Shown one piece after another: positions 33,872 to 44,469 of a DNA stretch of 64,000 nucleotides. The stretch is from contig CAVYVU010000010.1 in assembly GCA_963772095.1 (NCBI GenBank), positions 3,917 to 67,916 on the forward strand, given 5' to 3'. The notes beneath the pieces are model-generated. The model did no database searches. It was not told the origin of the DNA and saw only the letters and a program-made list of their open reading frames with translations. The stretch comes from an uncultured Thermoleophilia bacterium (GTDB lineage Bacteria > Actinomycetota > Thermoleophilia > RBG-16-64-13). Both the position numbers and the translations under genes were made by a program. Every line of letters starts with the position of its first letter. Within the stretch, counting starts at the first letter, position 1.

Positions 33872-34575
33872 CTACGCGCCCAGGTAGGCCTTCTTCACGA
33901 GAGCGTCGCGAGCCACCTCTTTGCCGGACCATGGAGGACGATGTTCCCCACTTCCAGTACGTACGCACGCTTGGCCATGGCCAATGCCATGGTCGCGTTC
34001 TGCTCCACCAGCAGGATGCCGATGCCCGCCCGGTGGATGTCTCGTACGATCGCGCCACGGTCTCGACCATTTTGGGAGAAGACCCATGCTGGGCTCGTCC
34101 ATGAGCAGGAGCTTGGGCGAGGCCATCAGCGCCCGGCCCACCGCCAGCATCTGCTGCTCGCCCCCGGAGAGGCTCTCGGCCAGCTGCTCGCGCCGCTCAT
34201 TGAGGATCGGGAAAGAGCGTAGACGCGCTCGAGGTCGCGGCTCACTTCCTTGGCGTTGCCGTGCGCAGGTAGGCACCCATCTTGAGGTTGTCCAGCACGG
34301 TCATCGGGCCGAACACGATGCGGCCTTCGGGGATGTGCGCGACACCCATCGCACGATCTGGTGCAGGCCGTACGCCGTCGATGCGCTTCCCTTGAAATGA
34401 ATCTGACCTGACTGCGGGGACTTGAGCCCGGAGATCGCGCGCAGAAGGGTCGTCTTGCCCGCTCCGTTGGCTCCGATCAGGGCGACCACTTCGCCGTCGT
34501 CCACACGTAGCGAAACCCCTTGAGGGCCTGGGCTGGTCCGTAAGTGACACGCAGCTCGTCGACTTCAAGCAACAT
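33872..34575 (-). pseudogene. livF: branched-chain-amino-acid-type ABC transporter ATP-binding protein LivF, multiple frame breaks
   Basis: MLLEVDELRVTYG.., GEVVALIGANGAGKTTLLRAISG (Walker A) and [28 protein letters not shown] (signature + Walker B) are spread over at least 4 frame segments. Confidence 0.8.
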
Positions 34576-35347
34576 CGAAAGTCCCCGTCCCAGGTAGGCA
34601 GCACAGACGGCGGGATCGGCCTGCACGACTCGCGGCGGCCCCTCGCAGAGCTTCTGCCCGAAGTTGATGACCACCACCCGCTCGCAGATGCCCATGACCA
34701 CCTTCATGTCGTGCTCCACGAGCATGATGGTGAGGCCGAGTCGTCGCGGATGCGTCTGGATCAGGGTCGGTCATGCGCCTTGGTCTCGCTGGGATTCATC
34801 CCCGTGACCGGCTCGTCCAAGAGAAGAGAGCTCGGCCCGGTGGCCAGGGCCAGGGCCACGCTCAGGGCCCGCTGGTGACCGTGGGGCAGGCTTCGGGCCA
34901 GCTCGTCCGCTGAGAAGCAAGTCCCATGAGGCCGATGAACTCAAGCGCCCGGCTGCCCTCGAGTTCCCGCTCCTCGGCACGCGCGCTCACGCGTGCGGAG
35001 CACTCGCTTCCAATGGGAGTGCGGTAGGCCTTGTGGCAGCCGACGAAGACGTTGTCCAACACGGACAGTCGGCGAAAAACAAGTGACTGCTGGAAGACCC
35101 GGGCGATGCCGAGTCCGGCGATTCGATGCGCCGGCAACCCGTGATGTCGCGTGCCCTGAAGAGGATCTCGCCTCGCGTGGGCTCAAGAAACCGCCGACCA
35201 TGGCTGAAGACCGTGCTCTTGCCGGCCCCGTTCGGCCCGATGAGCCCGAGGATCTCACCCTGTTCACCACGGCAAGTCGAGGTCGTCCACGGCGGTCACG
35301 CCGCCAAAACGCTTGGTGCAACTTGCGTCTCCAGGATTGTGGTCCAT
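34565..35347 (-). pseudogene. livG: ABC transporter ATP-binding protein LivG, multiple frame breaks
   Basis: The fragments [59 protein letters not shown] and MLVEHDMKVVMGICERVVVINFG occur in order but in different frames. Confidence 0.8.
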
Positions 35348-35349
35348 GT

Positions 35350-36480
35350 CATTGCTCCTCTCCCGAGCGAGTGGAGCTTCGCCGGCAAGTCCGGACGGGA
35401 GCCACCTCCGGAGAGATCAGACCTACCACGGCGGTCCCTCGCCTTCTAGGGCCGCCTCGCCCTCGCCGCGGCCAAACAACCGCTCGAGCGGACGTGACGG
35501 CCGCGGGGACAGGTCGCGAGCGAAGCCAAAGAGCCCAAGAGGCCCTGCGGCAGGAAGATGACGATGAGGATGACTAGCGCTCCCGTGATGATCGGTTCGA
35601 TTCCGCCCGCGAAGCGGAGGAACTCCGGAACCACGGTCAGGATGAAGGCGCCGACCATGGGCCCGAGAAGCACGAAGCCCATTCCCCCGAGGATCGCGTA
35701 GATCTGAACGTAGAGGGCCTTGAAGGGTCCGAAGGTCCCGGGCACCAGAGCTGTCGAGTAGGCCGCGTAGAAGCTGCCCACGACCCCGCCGCGGTGGAGC
35801 CCAGCATCCAGGCGGTAAGCCGATATCGGAAGGGGTTGATGCCCACCGACTGAGCGAGCTGCGAGCTCAGACCGATCGCCCGCCAGGCTCTGACCGTCCG
35901 AGGCCGGGTAGAACGCCCAGCAGAACGAGCACACACGATCAGGCGCGAGCCCAAGACGCCAGATAGTAGAGGGCGCCGTTGGAGATGAACGTCGATCTGG
36001 CCGCCGCCCGGAAGCGGGATGGGGCGGGCCGCGGGATGTTCAGGATGCCCACGTACCGCCCGAAGTACTGGAACGTCCCAAAGAATACGGGGACGATCGA
36101 GGCGATCACCAGGGTCAGGATCACGAAGCCAAAACCGGCGAACCGGACGACTACCAGTCCGAGGAGGATCGACAGAAGGCCAACAAGGACGACGGTGGCG
36201 GGTAGCGCGAGCCAGAAGGACAGCCCGCCTTTCGTCTCAAGGAGGGCCGTGCAGATGCGCGCCCACACCCCAGAAAGCCCCCATGGAGAGGTTGATGAGC
36301 CCGGTGCGCAGCGTGAGGATGAAGGTCATGGCAAGGACCGCAGTTGACGACGACCACGGCAACGAGGACGTGCAGGTAGTACTGATTGCGTCACGGCCAG
36401 CGGCAGGAGGGCGAGGACGATGACGAAAAGCAGCGGTTCCCCACTTGCGCCAGAGCCCGGCGCCAGATCGTGGACTGCGG
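35350..36480 (-). pseudogene. livM: ABC transporter permease LivM, multiple frame breaks (boundaries approximate)
   Basis: Hydrophobic LivM-like segments (LLFVIVLALLPLAV; GFGFVILTLVIASIVPVFFG; YVQIYAILGGMGFVLLGPMVGAFILTVVPEFLR; ALVILIVIFLPQGLLG) lie in several frames. Confidence 0.7.
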
Positions 36481-36489
36481 CCGAGCCGC

Positions 36490-37394
36490 CTAGAGAGGGA
36501 TGTCGCCCATGGCTTTGCCAAGGATCCCTCCTGGTCTGAGCATGAGTACACGATGGCGACGATCCACGAAGAAGAGCGATCTGGGCCTCTCCCCCGCCGA
36601 TGAAGTACTGCCCGAAGCTGAGCGCCATGCCGAAGAGAAGTCCGCAGAATCGCTCCCAAGCATGCTCCCAACCCACCGAGCATCACGACCACGAGCGGTA
36701 CGAGAAAGGCGAAGCTGCCCACTTCAGTGGTGACGGCGAAGACGGGAGCCAGCAAGCGCGCCGGCCAACCCGGCGAGCGCGCAGCCAGGAGGCCATGGTG
36801 AGAGCGAACACCCGAGTCGAGTTGACCCCTTGAAGGGCAGCGACGTCGAGCACAGTTGAACGAAGTCGGCACGCATGGCGCGGCCGAGGCGGGTCTTCTG
36901 CAGGAAGAAGTGGAGCGCAACGAGGATCGGCGACTCCGGCCAAGAAAATGACGACGGCCTTCTCAACGGAGATGTTCAGTCCGGCGAAGCTCCGGACGGT
37001 CCCTGGGAACGACCGTTGAGACAGGCCCCGGGCTCCGGTCCCTGAAGAGCTGCAGAGCGGCCTGCGTGATTATCAGGATCCACCCCACCCCCATCAGCAA
37101 GTTGGTGAGGAACTGCCCTTCCTTGTACTGGACCCAGCGAAATGTGAGCAAGTAGGAAAGAGCACCAAGGATGCCCGTGCCCACCGTCGCCACCACGAGG
37201 CCAACGGCGAAGTTGAGATGCAGCGGCTTCATCATGTACCAGATGAAATAGGCGCCCAGCATGTAGAACTGGGCGAAAGCGATGAAGAGGATCCGGTCAA
37301 CGGACATGATGACGTTGAAGCCCGCGGCCATCAGGACGTAGACAATCCCGATAGAAACGCCATCGATAAAAAGCTGGACGATGATGCGTCCCAT
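36490..37394 (-). pseudogene. livH: ABC transporter permease LivH, multiple frame breaks
   Basis: The N-terminus MGRIIVQLFIDGVSIGIVYVLMAAGFNVIMSV.. (ATG at 37394) is typical LivH. Later segments are out of frame, and the C-terminus ..MLRPGGILGKAMG..* ends at 36490. Confidence 0.75.
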
Positions 37395-37479
37395 GGGCCC
37401 CCTCAGCCTGCAGTCTCGCGTTCGCCTGAAAGGCAACAGTTGCCGGGCGAGAGAAACGACTTCCGCCGCCGGCGGCTTC

Positions 37480-37508
37480 GCGCGGCGTCGCTAGGGACGA
37501 CGCCGCGC
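37480..37508 (-). other. intercistronic GC hairpin after the binding-protein gene
   Basis: GCGCGGCGTCG-CTAGGGA-CGACGCCGCGC, a perfect 11-bp stem between the SBP stop (37527) and the livH start (37394). Confidence 0.5.
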
Positions 37509-37526
37509 GTACTGGCTTCGTGGGTA

Positions 37527-38771
37527 CTACTTGGCGAAGAACGAGGTGGTGGAGGCTACCGCCTGGTCGACAGGGCCGACCGTATGGAGGACCGCCGTAG
37601 CGTCCCTGAATCTTGCCGATGAGGGTCCCGTAGCAGCAATCGATGGTCCGGCGTCGCCAGGTCCGGGCGGGCGATCATCTGGGCAGGGCCGTCGGGAGTG
37701 TCAAACGCAGCCCGCTGGCTATGACGTCGGCCAGCTTATCTGGGTCGAGGCTCTGCGCCTTATCAAGCGCGGCCAGAGCAGATGAGAACGCTCGATGGAA
37801 CCCGTGTCAGGGTTATCCCACCTGCCGTATTTCGCGGCGTAGACATCTTTCAGCTGCTTGGCGGTGGCGGCGGATCGTCGGTCTCGATCGCGGGAACCGC
37901 GTCGACCAGACGCCAAAGCACTCAATCGGGACGACCTTCGCGACCTGAGCAGAGGTGAGGGGAACGGCGTTAAACAACTGGCCTTTGAAACCGGCTGCGC
38001 GAAGCGCCTTGAACAGCAGAGGATCGGACGCGGGTCCGCCGCCTTGAGAAGTGAAAGCGTCGGGATGGCCGCGACCATCTTCGTGGCGAGCGCGGTGAAG
38101 TCTTGGGTCTCCCGCCGGGTAGAACTCGATGTCAACGATCGTCTTGTTGAACTGGGCGCCAGAGCTTGAGCCGAGCAGCTTCGGCATGTCCTTCGGCGGT
38201 GTCGACGTACGCGGCGCTGACGGTGTTGAACGGGACGTTCTTGACGACCCAGTCCCACACCACAGGCGACTGGGTGTTGTTGCAGAGCGTCTTGAAAGCG
38301 AGCTTGACACCCGGCTGCAGAATCCCAGGCGTAGGAGACGCGGCGAGGACTAGCTTGTCGGCGGCTTCGGTCACCGACAGCCAGCTGTCTACCGTAGAAT
38401 CGCCGAGGATGAAGTCCACCTTGTCCTGGTTGACAAGCCGCTCGGCCGCCGCGCGCCGTCTCGGCATTGCTCTTGCTGTCGTAATAAATCACGTCGAAGG
38501 TGTACTTCTGACCCGCGATGGTGATACCGCCGTTCTGATTGACGTACGGTATGTACGCCTGCAGCTCCTTCTGCCCCTGAACAGTAAGCGGGAAGGGGGA
38601 GTACGGATCGACCCGACCTTGATGACTTTGGCTCCAGCTGCCTGCGTGTTGCTGGAACTACCGGATGTAACGGCTGCAGTCGTTCCGCCGCAACTCGCGA
38701 TCACTGCTGCCAGAGCAACCAAAACTAGCAGCGCACTCACTGCCAAGCAGGTACCGCCGATAAGTGTTCAT
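37527..38771 (-). pseudogene. Liv-type (family 4) periplasmic substrate-binding lipoprotein, at least 6 frame breaks
   Basis: ATG at 38771; lipoprotein signal ..ALLVLVALAAVIASCGG. The fragments ERLVNQDKVDFILGDSTVDSWLSVTEAADKLVLAA, QSPVVWDWVVKNVPFNTVSAAYVDT and DPLLFKALRAAGFKGQLFNAVPLTSAQV are spread over all three frames. Confidence 0.75.
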
Positions 38772-39067
38772 CTTGTGACCCCCACCTTCTTGTGATCGAG
38801 CGGCCGACCTGCGACTTCTTTCCCGTGGGAAAATGCCCAAGCCATGCCGTCGCTGCGATGCCAGCTGCCGCACAGTTAGTTGCTCTCACCCCTTCTTCTA
38901 AAGAAGGTTGACCGACAATGTCCCAACCGGCCTGTAGTCTGTAGTCCGTCTGGCGGACCAACCGGTCCGGAAAATTCAAGGAAACTGTGACACAGCCATA
39001 GTCCCTTGTCAAACGACCTAGTGGCGGGTCAATTACTGTCCATCCCCCCAGGGGGGAGGCCGGCGCG

Positions 39068-39923
39068 TTATGCGCTAGTAGGCCGCGCTCCGCTCCTCGG
39101 CGCGTTGGGCGAAGCTTGGTAGCCGAGATACATTGAGATGCGAGCTGCCGTGTCGCTCACGGCTTCGGCATGCTTCTTTCTCTTGGTCGCCCCGAAGCGC
39201 TCCTTCGGAGCGACAACGGTGACTGCCGCGACCAATTCTCCTTCCGGCCCGAAAACCGAGAGCCGACACGGCACAAACGCCAGCGTCCGTCTCCTCAAGA
39301 TCAAAAGCCAGATCGGTAGTGGCAATTCCGATCGGGTCGGACGTGGCCTTAGCGCCCCCATGCAAGCGCGCGGGGGTGGGTGCAAGCCGAGCGCCACCGG
39401 GCGTTGGACCGGCGGCCCTTGTCCGCCATGCGGCGAATAGCTTCATATTTGCGTTTGCGGTGCCGGGCAGTACCCGACCGATAGGCATATCCAGCTTGAA
39501 GGGATGAGAAGTGCCGACCTGGTCGACTACGACCGAACCCTCCTCGCTTTCCACCGCGAGCTCCGCGGTCTCGCCGGTCTGTTCGGCAAGTGCTTCGAGG
39601 AAAGGATGAACAGCCCGGACGAATTCCACGTGCGACAGAACTAGGTAGGCCTGGGGAATCAACGCGCGCCCCAGCCGGTAGTTTTCAGCGGCAGGGTCAT
39701 AAGAAAGGAGACCGCGCGCCTCCAGCGTCCTCACCATCCGGTAAACTGTGGCCTTCCGCAGGCCGGTTCGTTCGCAAATTGAACCGACGGTCCACTGATG
39801 ATGCTCAACGTCGAATAGGGCCAGGATCGATAGTCCCCTGTCGAGCGCGCGCACGAATGAGTCGCCATCCGGTATTCGGGCCCCTTCATCCTCGTCTGTC
39901 ACGGCGTCATCACCTTTGCTCAC
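39068..39923 (-). pseudogene. IclR-family transcriptional regulator, at least 1 frame break near 39260
   Basis: SFVRALDRGLSILALF..WTVGSICERTGLRKATVYRMVRTLEARGLL (wHTH). The C-terminal effector domain ends in another frame (..VFGPEGELVAAVTVVAPKERF..). Confidence 0.85.
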
Positions 39924-40052
39924 AATCTAGCGCTCCACGTGAACGGCCCGCCACCGGACCTTCGTGCGACCGGATTGTCATCGTACTTCCGCAAGTCGCC
40001 CGCGAAGTCCTCGCGTGTCAAATCGGTCGAAGTGTAACATCGGGCAAGGGGC

Positions 40053-41054
40053 TCAACTCAAAGTCCGCTGTCCGGTCTCGTATCCCTCCGGGTGACTCCG
40101 GTGCCATTTCCACGCATCCCCGACGATGCCGGCCAGTTCGATCTCCTCGGGAGTCCATCCGAGGACCGCGGCCACCCGCTCATGTGAGCGCAACCAGCAC
40201 CGCCGGGTCGCCGGACCGCCGAGGACCGATCTTTACCTCCACGTCTACTCCGGTCACCGCCGCGCAGGTCCGCACCACTTCCAGATTGCTGAACCCGCGG
40301 CCATTCCCAGATTGAAGATCTCTGTCCCGCCACCCCCGTGCAGCCACTCCAAGCCCTTGAGGTGAGCCCGGGCCAAGTCCAATGCATGGATGTAGTCGCG
40401 GACGCACGTGCCGTCCGGGGTGGCATAGTCGCGGCCAAAGACCTCGAACTCGCGCTCCCCGCGGGCCATGGCCTCGAGCACCCGCGGGATCAGATGCGTC
40501 TCCGGCCTGTGCGCTTCACCCATCGACCCATCGGGCCACGCGCCGGCCACGTTGAAATAGCGAAACCGCACCGAACGCAGTCCGTGCGCGCGTTCGAACC
40601 AGTCCAGCCAGTGCTCGAACATCAGTTTGGACAGCCCATACGCGTTCACGGGCAAAGTCTTGGCGCTCTCTTCGATGGGGGTGGCCTCTGGCTCTCCGTA
40701 CACCGCGGCAGTGGACGAGAAGACCAGTCCCGGCACCTTGTGGCGCACCATCGCGGCCAGCAGCACCATGGGGGCCGAGACGTTGTTGTTCAGGTAGCGA
40801 GCCGGGTCCGTCTGCGATTCCGCCACCTCGATGTACCCGGCCAGGTGCATCACCGCGTCCACACCGGGGAGCACGAGGTCGAGCACCGCGTCGTCGTCGA
40901 CGGTGGCGACCACCAGCTCTGCGCGCGGATCCACAGCCGCCGCGAAGCCTTTCTCCAGGCTGTCCAGAACAACTACTTCATGCCCCTCTTCCACGAGCAC
41001 GCGGGTGGTGATGGACCCGATGTAGCCCGCCCCTCCAGTGACCAGGATCTTCAT
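40053..41054 (-). pseudogene. galE: UDP-glucose 4-epimerase, 2 frame breaks (near 40290 and 40200)
   Basis: MKILVTGGAGYIGS, SSTAAVYG, YGLSKLM, RYFNVAG and VRDYIHALDLA in ORF 40254..41054. It continues NLGNGRGFSNLEVV.. and then ..IVGDAWKWHRSHPEGY* in other frames. One break is a missing A in an A-run. Confidence 0.88.
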
Positions 41055-41069
41055 GACCGCCTCCTCCAG

Positions 41070-42249
41070 CTACCGCTCGTTTGCGGCCCCACTCGACTCG
41101 CCCCGACGTTCCGGCCCAAGAGCAAGCTGGACCAGCTCCGCGTCGTAAAGCCTGGCCATGTTGCTCCAGTCGTACCGCGCCACCCAGGTGCGCTGCCAGT
41201 CGACGGACCAGGCTCTTCCCGCTTCCAGAGCCGTTGCCAACGCCTGCACCAACTCGACCTTCCCCGTAGAGCACTTCTTGATGCACCTCCTCCGGGATCA
41301 GCTCGGGATAGCTCAGCCTCCATGGAAGCACCGGGCGACAGCCGCAGTAGATCGCCTCGACCACGGCCACCCCGAAGAACTCGTGGATAGCGGTGGACGC
41401 CACCACATCGGCCGCCCAGAGCAACGAAGCATACTCCTGGAACGAGTCCAGCTTGCCCCACTGGACGATCCGGTCACCCAACTCTTCGTGCGCCCGGAGA
41501 AACTCCGCGGTGGGGGTCCCTTGGTTAGGCCCCGCCATCGCGAGGCGAAAGCCGACACCTCGAGCTTTGAGCTCGTGCAAGGCTGTGAAAAGGTCGTTCG
41601 GAGCTTTGTCGTACTCCCAGCGCTGGTTCCACACGATAAGGGGTCCGTCCTCCGCGTCGCCCCAGTGACCGTTGATGGCAGCCTGCATGCCGGCCTTGCG
41701 GAATGCGTCTAGCCGCCGAAGGTCGCAGCCAACTGCTAACACTCGGGCCTTTCGGGCAACGTCATCGACGGCCCAGGTGGGTACCTCGTCGGGTACCGTC
41801 GCGAGCAAGTCGCGCACTCCCTGGAGGAACTCAGCGCGATGGTACTGACTGTTGAAGAACACGGCGTCGGCGGCGAGGGTGCTCGTTAGGTTCTTCATGC
41901 CGTAGCCGAGGTCGCGTTCCACCCCAGGGGGCAGTGGGTACGTGAGTTGGTTCTCATGGAAATAGACGGCCACCGGGGCTCGTCGCACTGAGGGCTCCAC
42001 CAGCGACAGCAACACCGGCAGGTCCAGCATGTCCGAAACGAAAAGGACGTCCGGCCCGTGCCTCTGAGCGACCGCCTCCTCGTTCAGCTGCCGCGCGAGG
42101 TTCAATGCCCCGCCGTGCATCCGCCACTTCCAGTGCCGCCCCGGCAACGAGAACACGTGCACCCTGTGCGAGGAGTTGGCGGCCAGCCCCTTCAGGAAGT
42201 AACGGTGGGACCCGCCGAAGTACGGCTCGATAGCCCATACGTCCAGCAC
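41070..42249 (-). pseudogene. DUF3524 + GT4 glycosyltransferase, homolog of eukaryotic GTDC1/QTMAN (tRNA-queuosine alpha-mannosyltransferase); one frame break near 41260; start uncertain
   Basis: IEPYFGGSHRYF, LPGRHWKWRMHG, YFHENQLTYP and RDLGYGMKNLTSTLAADAVFFNS match the GTDC1 N-terminal domain (EAFYGGSH, LPAKKWHWRAR, YFHENQLIYP, RDFQYGYNQILSCLVADVVVFNS). The GT1-type C-terminal half and the tail (VELVQALATALEAG..) are in ORF 41070..41252. Stop is 15 nt before galE, with a GGAGGAGG RBS. Confidence 0.75.
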
Positions 42250-42680
42250 TGGGACGTTGGTGTTCCATCCCCAGGGTGCCTCCCGGCTCACCGGCCCGCT
42301 CCGCCGGTCGTCCTCCTGGTCGGGGCTCCGGCCGCTGTCCCCGTCGCTTTCCTGATCGACAGACTGATGGCTCAACTGATGGCCAATCTCTATGGCTCCT
42401 CCCACGACCCTCTCCCACTCTCGGACTTTCGCAGGGCCCGAGCCTTCAACCGACCCCCCAGGGTCTCCGCACGCCCCACGACGCATTTCCACGCCCGCCG
42501 ACTGTCCGTTGGATGTCCGGGTATATTTCGCGTGACGGCGACGCACGGACGGCGCCACCTGTGACTCTGTTCATTTCGCTGGCTTCATCCCAGCATAACT
42601 CGAAAGGAGCGGCGCTGGCTCTCGTCAAAGGTCTCCAGCAGGATCCCTCGCCGCCCGATCTCCCTCCGTACAAGCCGGGC

Positions 42681-43586
42681 TTGCCGCTGGTCGGCGCGCA
42701 GCTTTCAACGGCAGGGGGCTTGGTCAACGTTCCGGAGCGAGCCGCCGCATGCAGGGCGGAAGTCGTCCAGATCTTCAACACCAATCCCCGGATGTGGCGC
42801 AGCTACGTCTACACCGATGAAGACGCGGAGACCATGACGGTTGCACTGCGAGAAGCCGGCATCCCTCTCTTCGTGCACAGCATCTACCTCATCAACCTGG
42901 TATCGCCCGATGAGGTCCTCCGGGAGCGTTCCGCCCAAGCACTCTCCCGGGCATTGCTGTTGGGAGCGAGGACGGGAGCCCGAGGTGTGGTGACCCACAT
43001 CGGCTCGCACCACGGGGTGGGCTTCGAAGCCGCGGTGCGCTGGGCGATCCCCACCGTGAAAGCGGCCCTGGACCTGGCGGAGAAGACTTCTCAGGCATCT
43101 CTACCCCGGTTATTGCTGGAGAACGGAGCCGGGGCGGGCCATCTCGTGGGTGGCGACCTCCAGGAGCTCGTCACCCTGGTGGCGGCGCTGCCTGGCGAGG
43201 CAGGCATCTGTCTCGACACGGCCCATCTCTTCGCCGCCGGAATCCCCGTCCACGAGGCCGAGGGTCTCGAGCAACTCGTGTCTTCACTACGAGCGCTCGG
43301 CTTGCTGGACGCAATAGGCCTTTGGCATCTGAACGACTCGAAGACCCCCTTCGCATCCGGTCGAGACCAACACCAGAATCCCGGCGAAGGCCAGATCGGG
43401 AGTGAGGCGCTGGCCCGGGTGGTGAGGCACCCAGCCTTCCGCCACCTGCCGTTCGTGCTCGAGGTCCCAGGGGCCGATGGCCACGGCCCCGACGCCCTCA
43501 ATGTCGGACGGGTGCAAGCAATGCGCGAGGTCTCTCCTGCCCCACCATCTCCGCCATCGTCGCTCTCATCTCGTCAAGGAGCCTGA
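42681..43586 (+). CDS. nfo: endonuclease IV (AP endonuclease)
   Basis: VHSIYLINL, THIGSH, LLENGAG, CLDTAHLFAAG, WHLNDSK and DQHQNPGEGQIG metal-ligand motifs. Start uncertain: TTG at 42681 gives MPLVGAQLS; an in-frame GTG at 42561 is also possible. Confidence 0.88.
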   Translation: MPLVGAQLSTAGGLVNVPERAAACRAEVVQIFNTNPRMWRSYVYTDEDAETMTVALREAGIPLFVHSIYLINLVSPDEVLRERSAQALSRALLLGARTGARGVVTHIGSHHGVGFEAAVRWAIPTVKAALDLAEKTSQASLPRLLLENGAGAGHLVGGDLQELVTLVAALPGEAGICLDTAHLFAAGIPVHEAEGLEQLVSSLRALGLLDAIGLWHLNDSKTPFASGRDQHQNPGEGQIGSEALARVVRHPAFRHLPFVLEVPGADGHGPDALNVGRVQAMREVSPAPPSPPSSLSSRQGA

Positions 43587-44403
43587 GGGTCACCGGTCCT
43601 GGCTTGCCGCCCCGGATGGCGGTACCGCCCACCGCGGCCACGGGGAGGATGTCCGTGGTCGTGGACGCCGAGAAGAACTCGCAATCGCCGGCAGACTCGT
43701 AGATTTCGTCAAGGGTGAAAGCGCGTTCGTCACTCGGGATAGCCAGTCGACGAGCGATCTCGAGCACGTGCATGCGTGTGATGCCGCCCAAGATATGTCT
43801 GTCCAAAGGATGGGTGCGCAGCACGCCACCCAGCACGGCGAAAACGTTCGAGGAACCGCCCTCTCGCACAACCCCATCAGGAGCCATGAACAGCGCCTCC
43901 CAGGCTCCCGCTTCCCGGGCTTCCTGCTTCGCTAGCACAGCAGCTAGGAGGTTGGTGGACTTGATGTCGCACCGGCCCCAACGGAGGTCTTCCACCGGAT
44001 GGAGGGTGATCCCTTGGAGGATGAAATCCGGACCGGGAAAGGCGCGCGCCCGCACGTAGGCCACCACGGTGGGATGCAGCTCGGCCGGGAATGGGAAATC
44101 CCTCGGCGAAGAGCCGCGGGTCACCTGAAGGTACACCGAGCCGTCCATCAGATGAGACCGCTCGACCAAGGTCGGCAGCACCTGCGCCAGATCGTGTTCG
44201 ACCAGCGCATCGCCGAGTCGGATCGCGGCCAGACTTCGCCCCAAGCGGACCAGGTGATCGTCGAGCCAGACCAGGCGCCCGTTCATGACCTTGATGACCT
44301 CGTAGATCCCGTCTCCCAGCTGGAAACCGCGGTCCTCCACGTGCACCCAGCCCTCGGATAGGTCCCGGTACTCGCCGTTCAGATACAGCAACTCACCGTC
44401 CAT
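43498..44403 (-). CDS. class IV aminotransferase (D-amino-acid / branched-chain type)
   Basis: VEDRGFQLGDGIYEV, YLQVTRG and DIKSTNLLAAVLAKQEAREAG. Intact 301 aa. Confidence 0.85.
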   Translation of the reverse strand: MDGELLYLNGEYRDLSEGWVHVEDRGFQLGDGIYEVIKVMNGRLVWLDDHLVRLGRSLAAIRLGDALVEHDLAQVLPTLVERSHLMDGSVYLQVTRGSSPRDFPFPAELHPTVVAYVRARAFPGPDFILQGITLHPVEDLRWGRCDIKSTNLLAAVLAKQEAREAGAWEALFMAPDGVVREGGSSNVFAVLGGVLRTHPLDRHILGGITRMHVLEIARRLAIPSDERAFTLDEIYESAGDCEFFSASTTTDILPVAAVGGTAIRGGKPGPVTLRLLDEMRATMAEMVGQERPRALLAPVRH

Positions 44404-44469
44404 CTGCTAACCTCGCCTCACGTTTTTCGCGTCACGTGACAACTTTTCCATAAGGAAGGGACCGCTCCT

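Noticed and set aside
38772-39067. Palindromes between the binding-protein gene and iclR (CCTTCT-TCTAA-AGAAGG, CGGACC-AACC-GGTCCG, CCCCCC-A-GGGGGG) as defined IclR operators or a terminator
   Set aside because: They are plausible regulatory or terminator elements. However, none matches a consensus I can name, the loops are very short, and the region is indel-prone. They are left unannotated.
42363-42383. Direct repeat ACTGATGGC-N3-ACTGATGGC in the nfo / glycosyltransferase divergent region
   Set aside because: It may simply encode a repeated HQ(L/S) dipeptide if the glycosyltransferase starts further upstream. There is no partner palindrome or conservation evidence, so it is too weak to call an operator.
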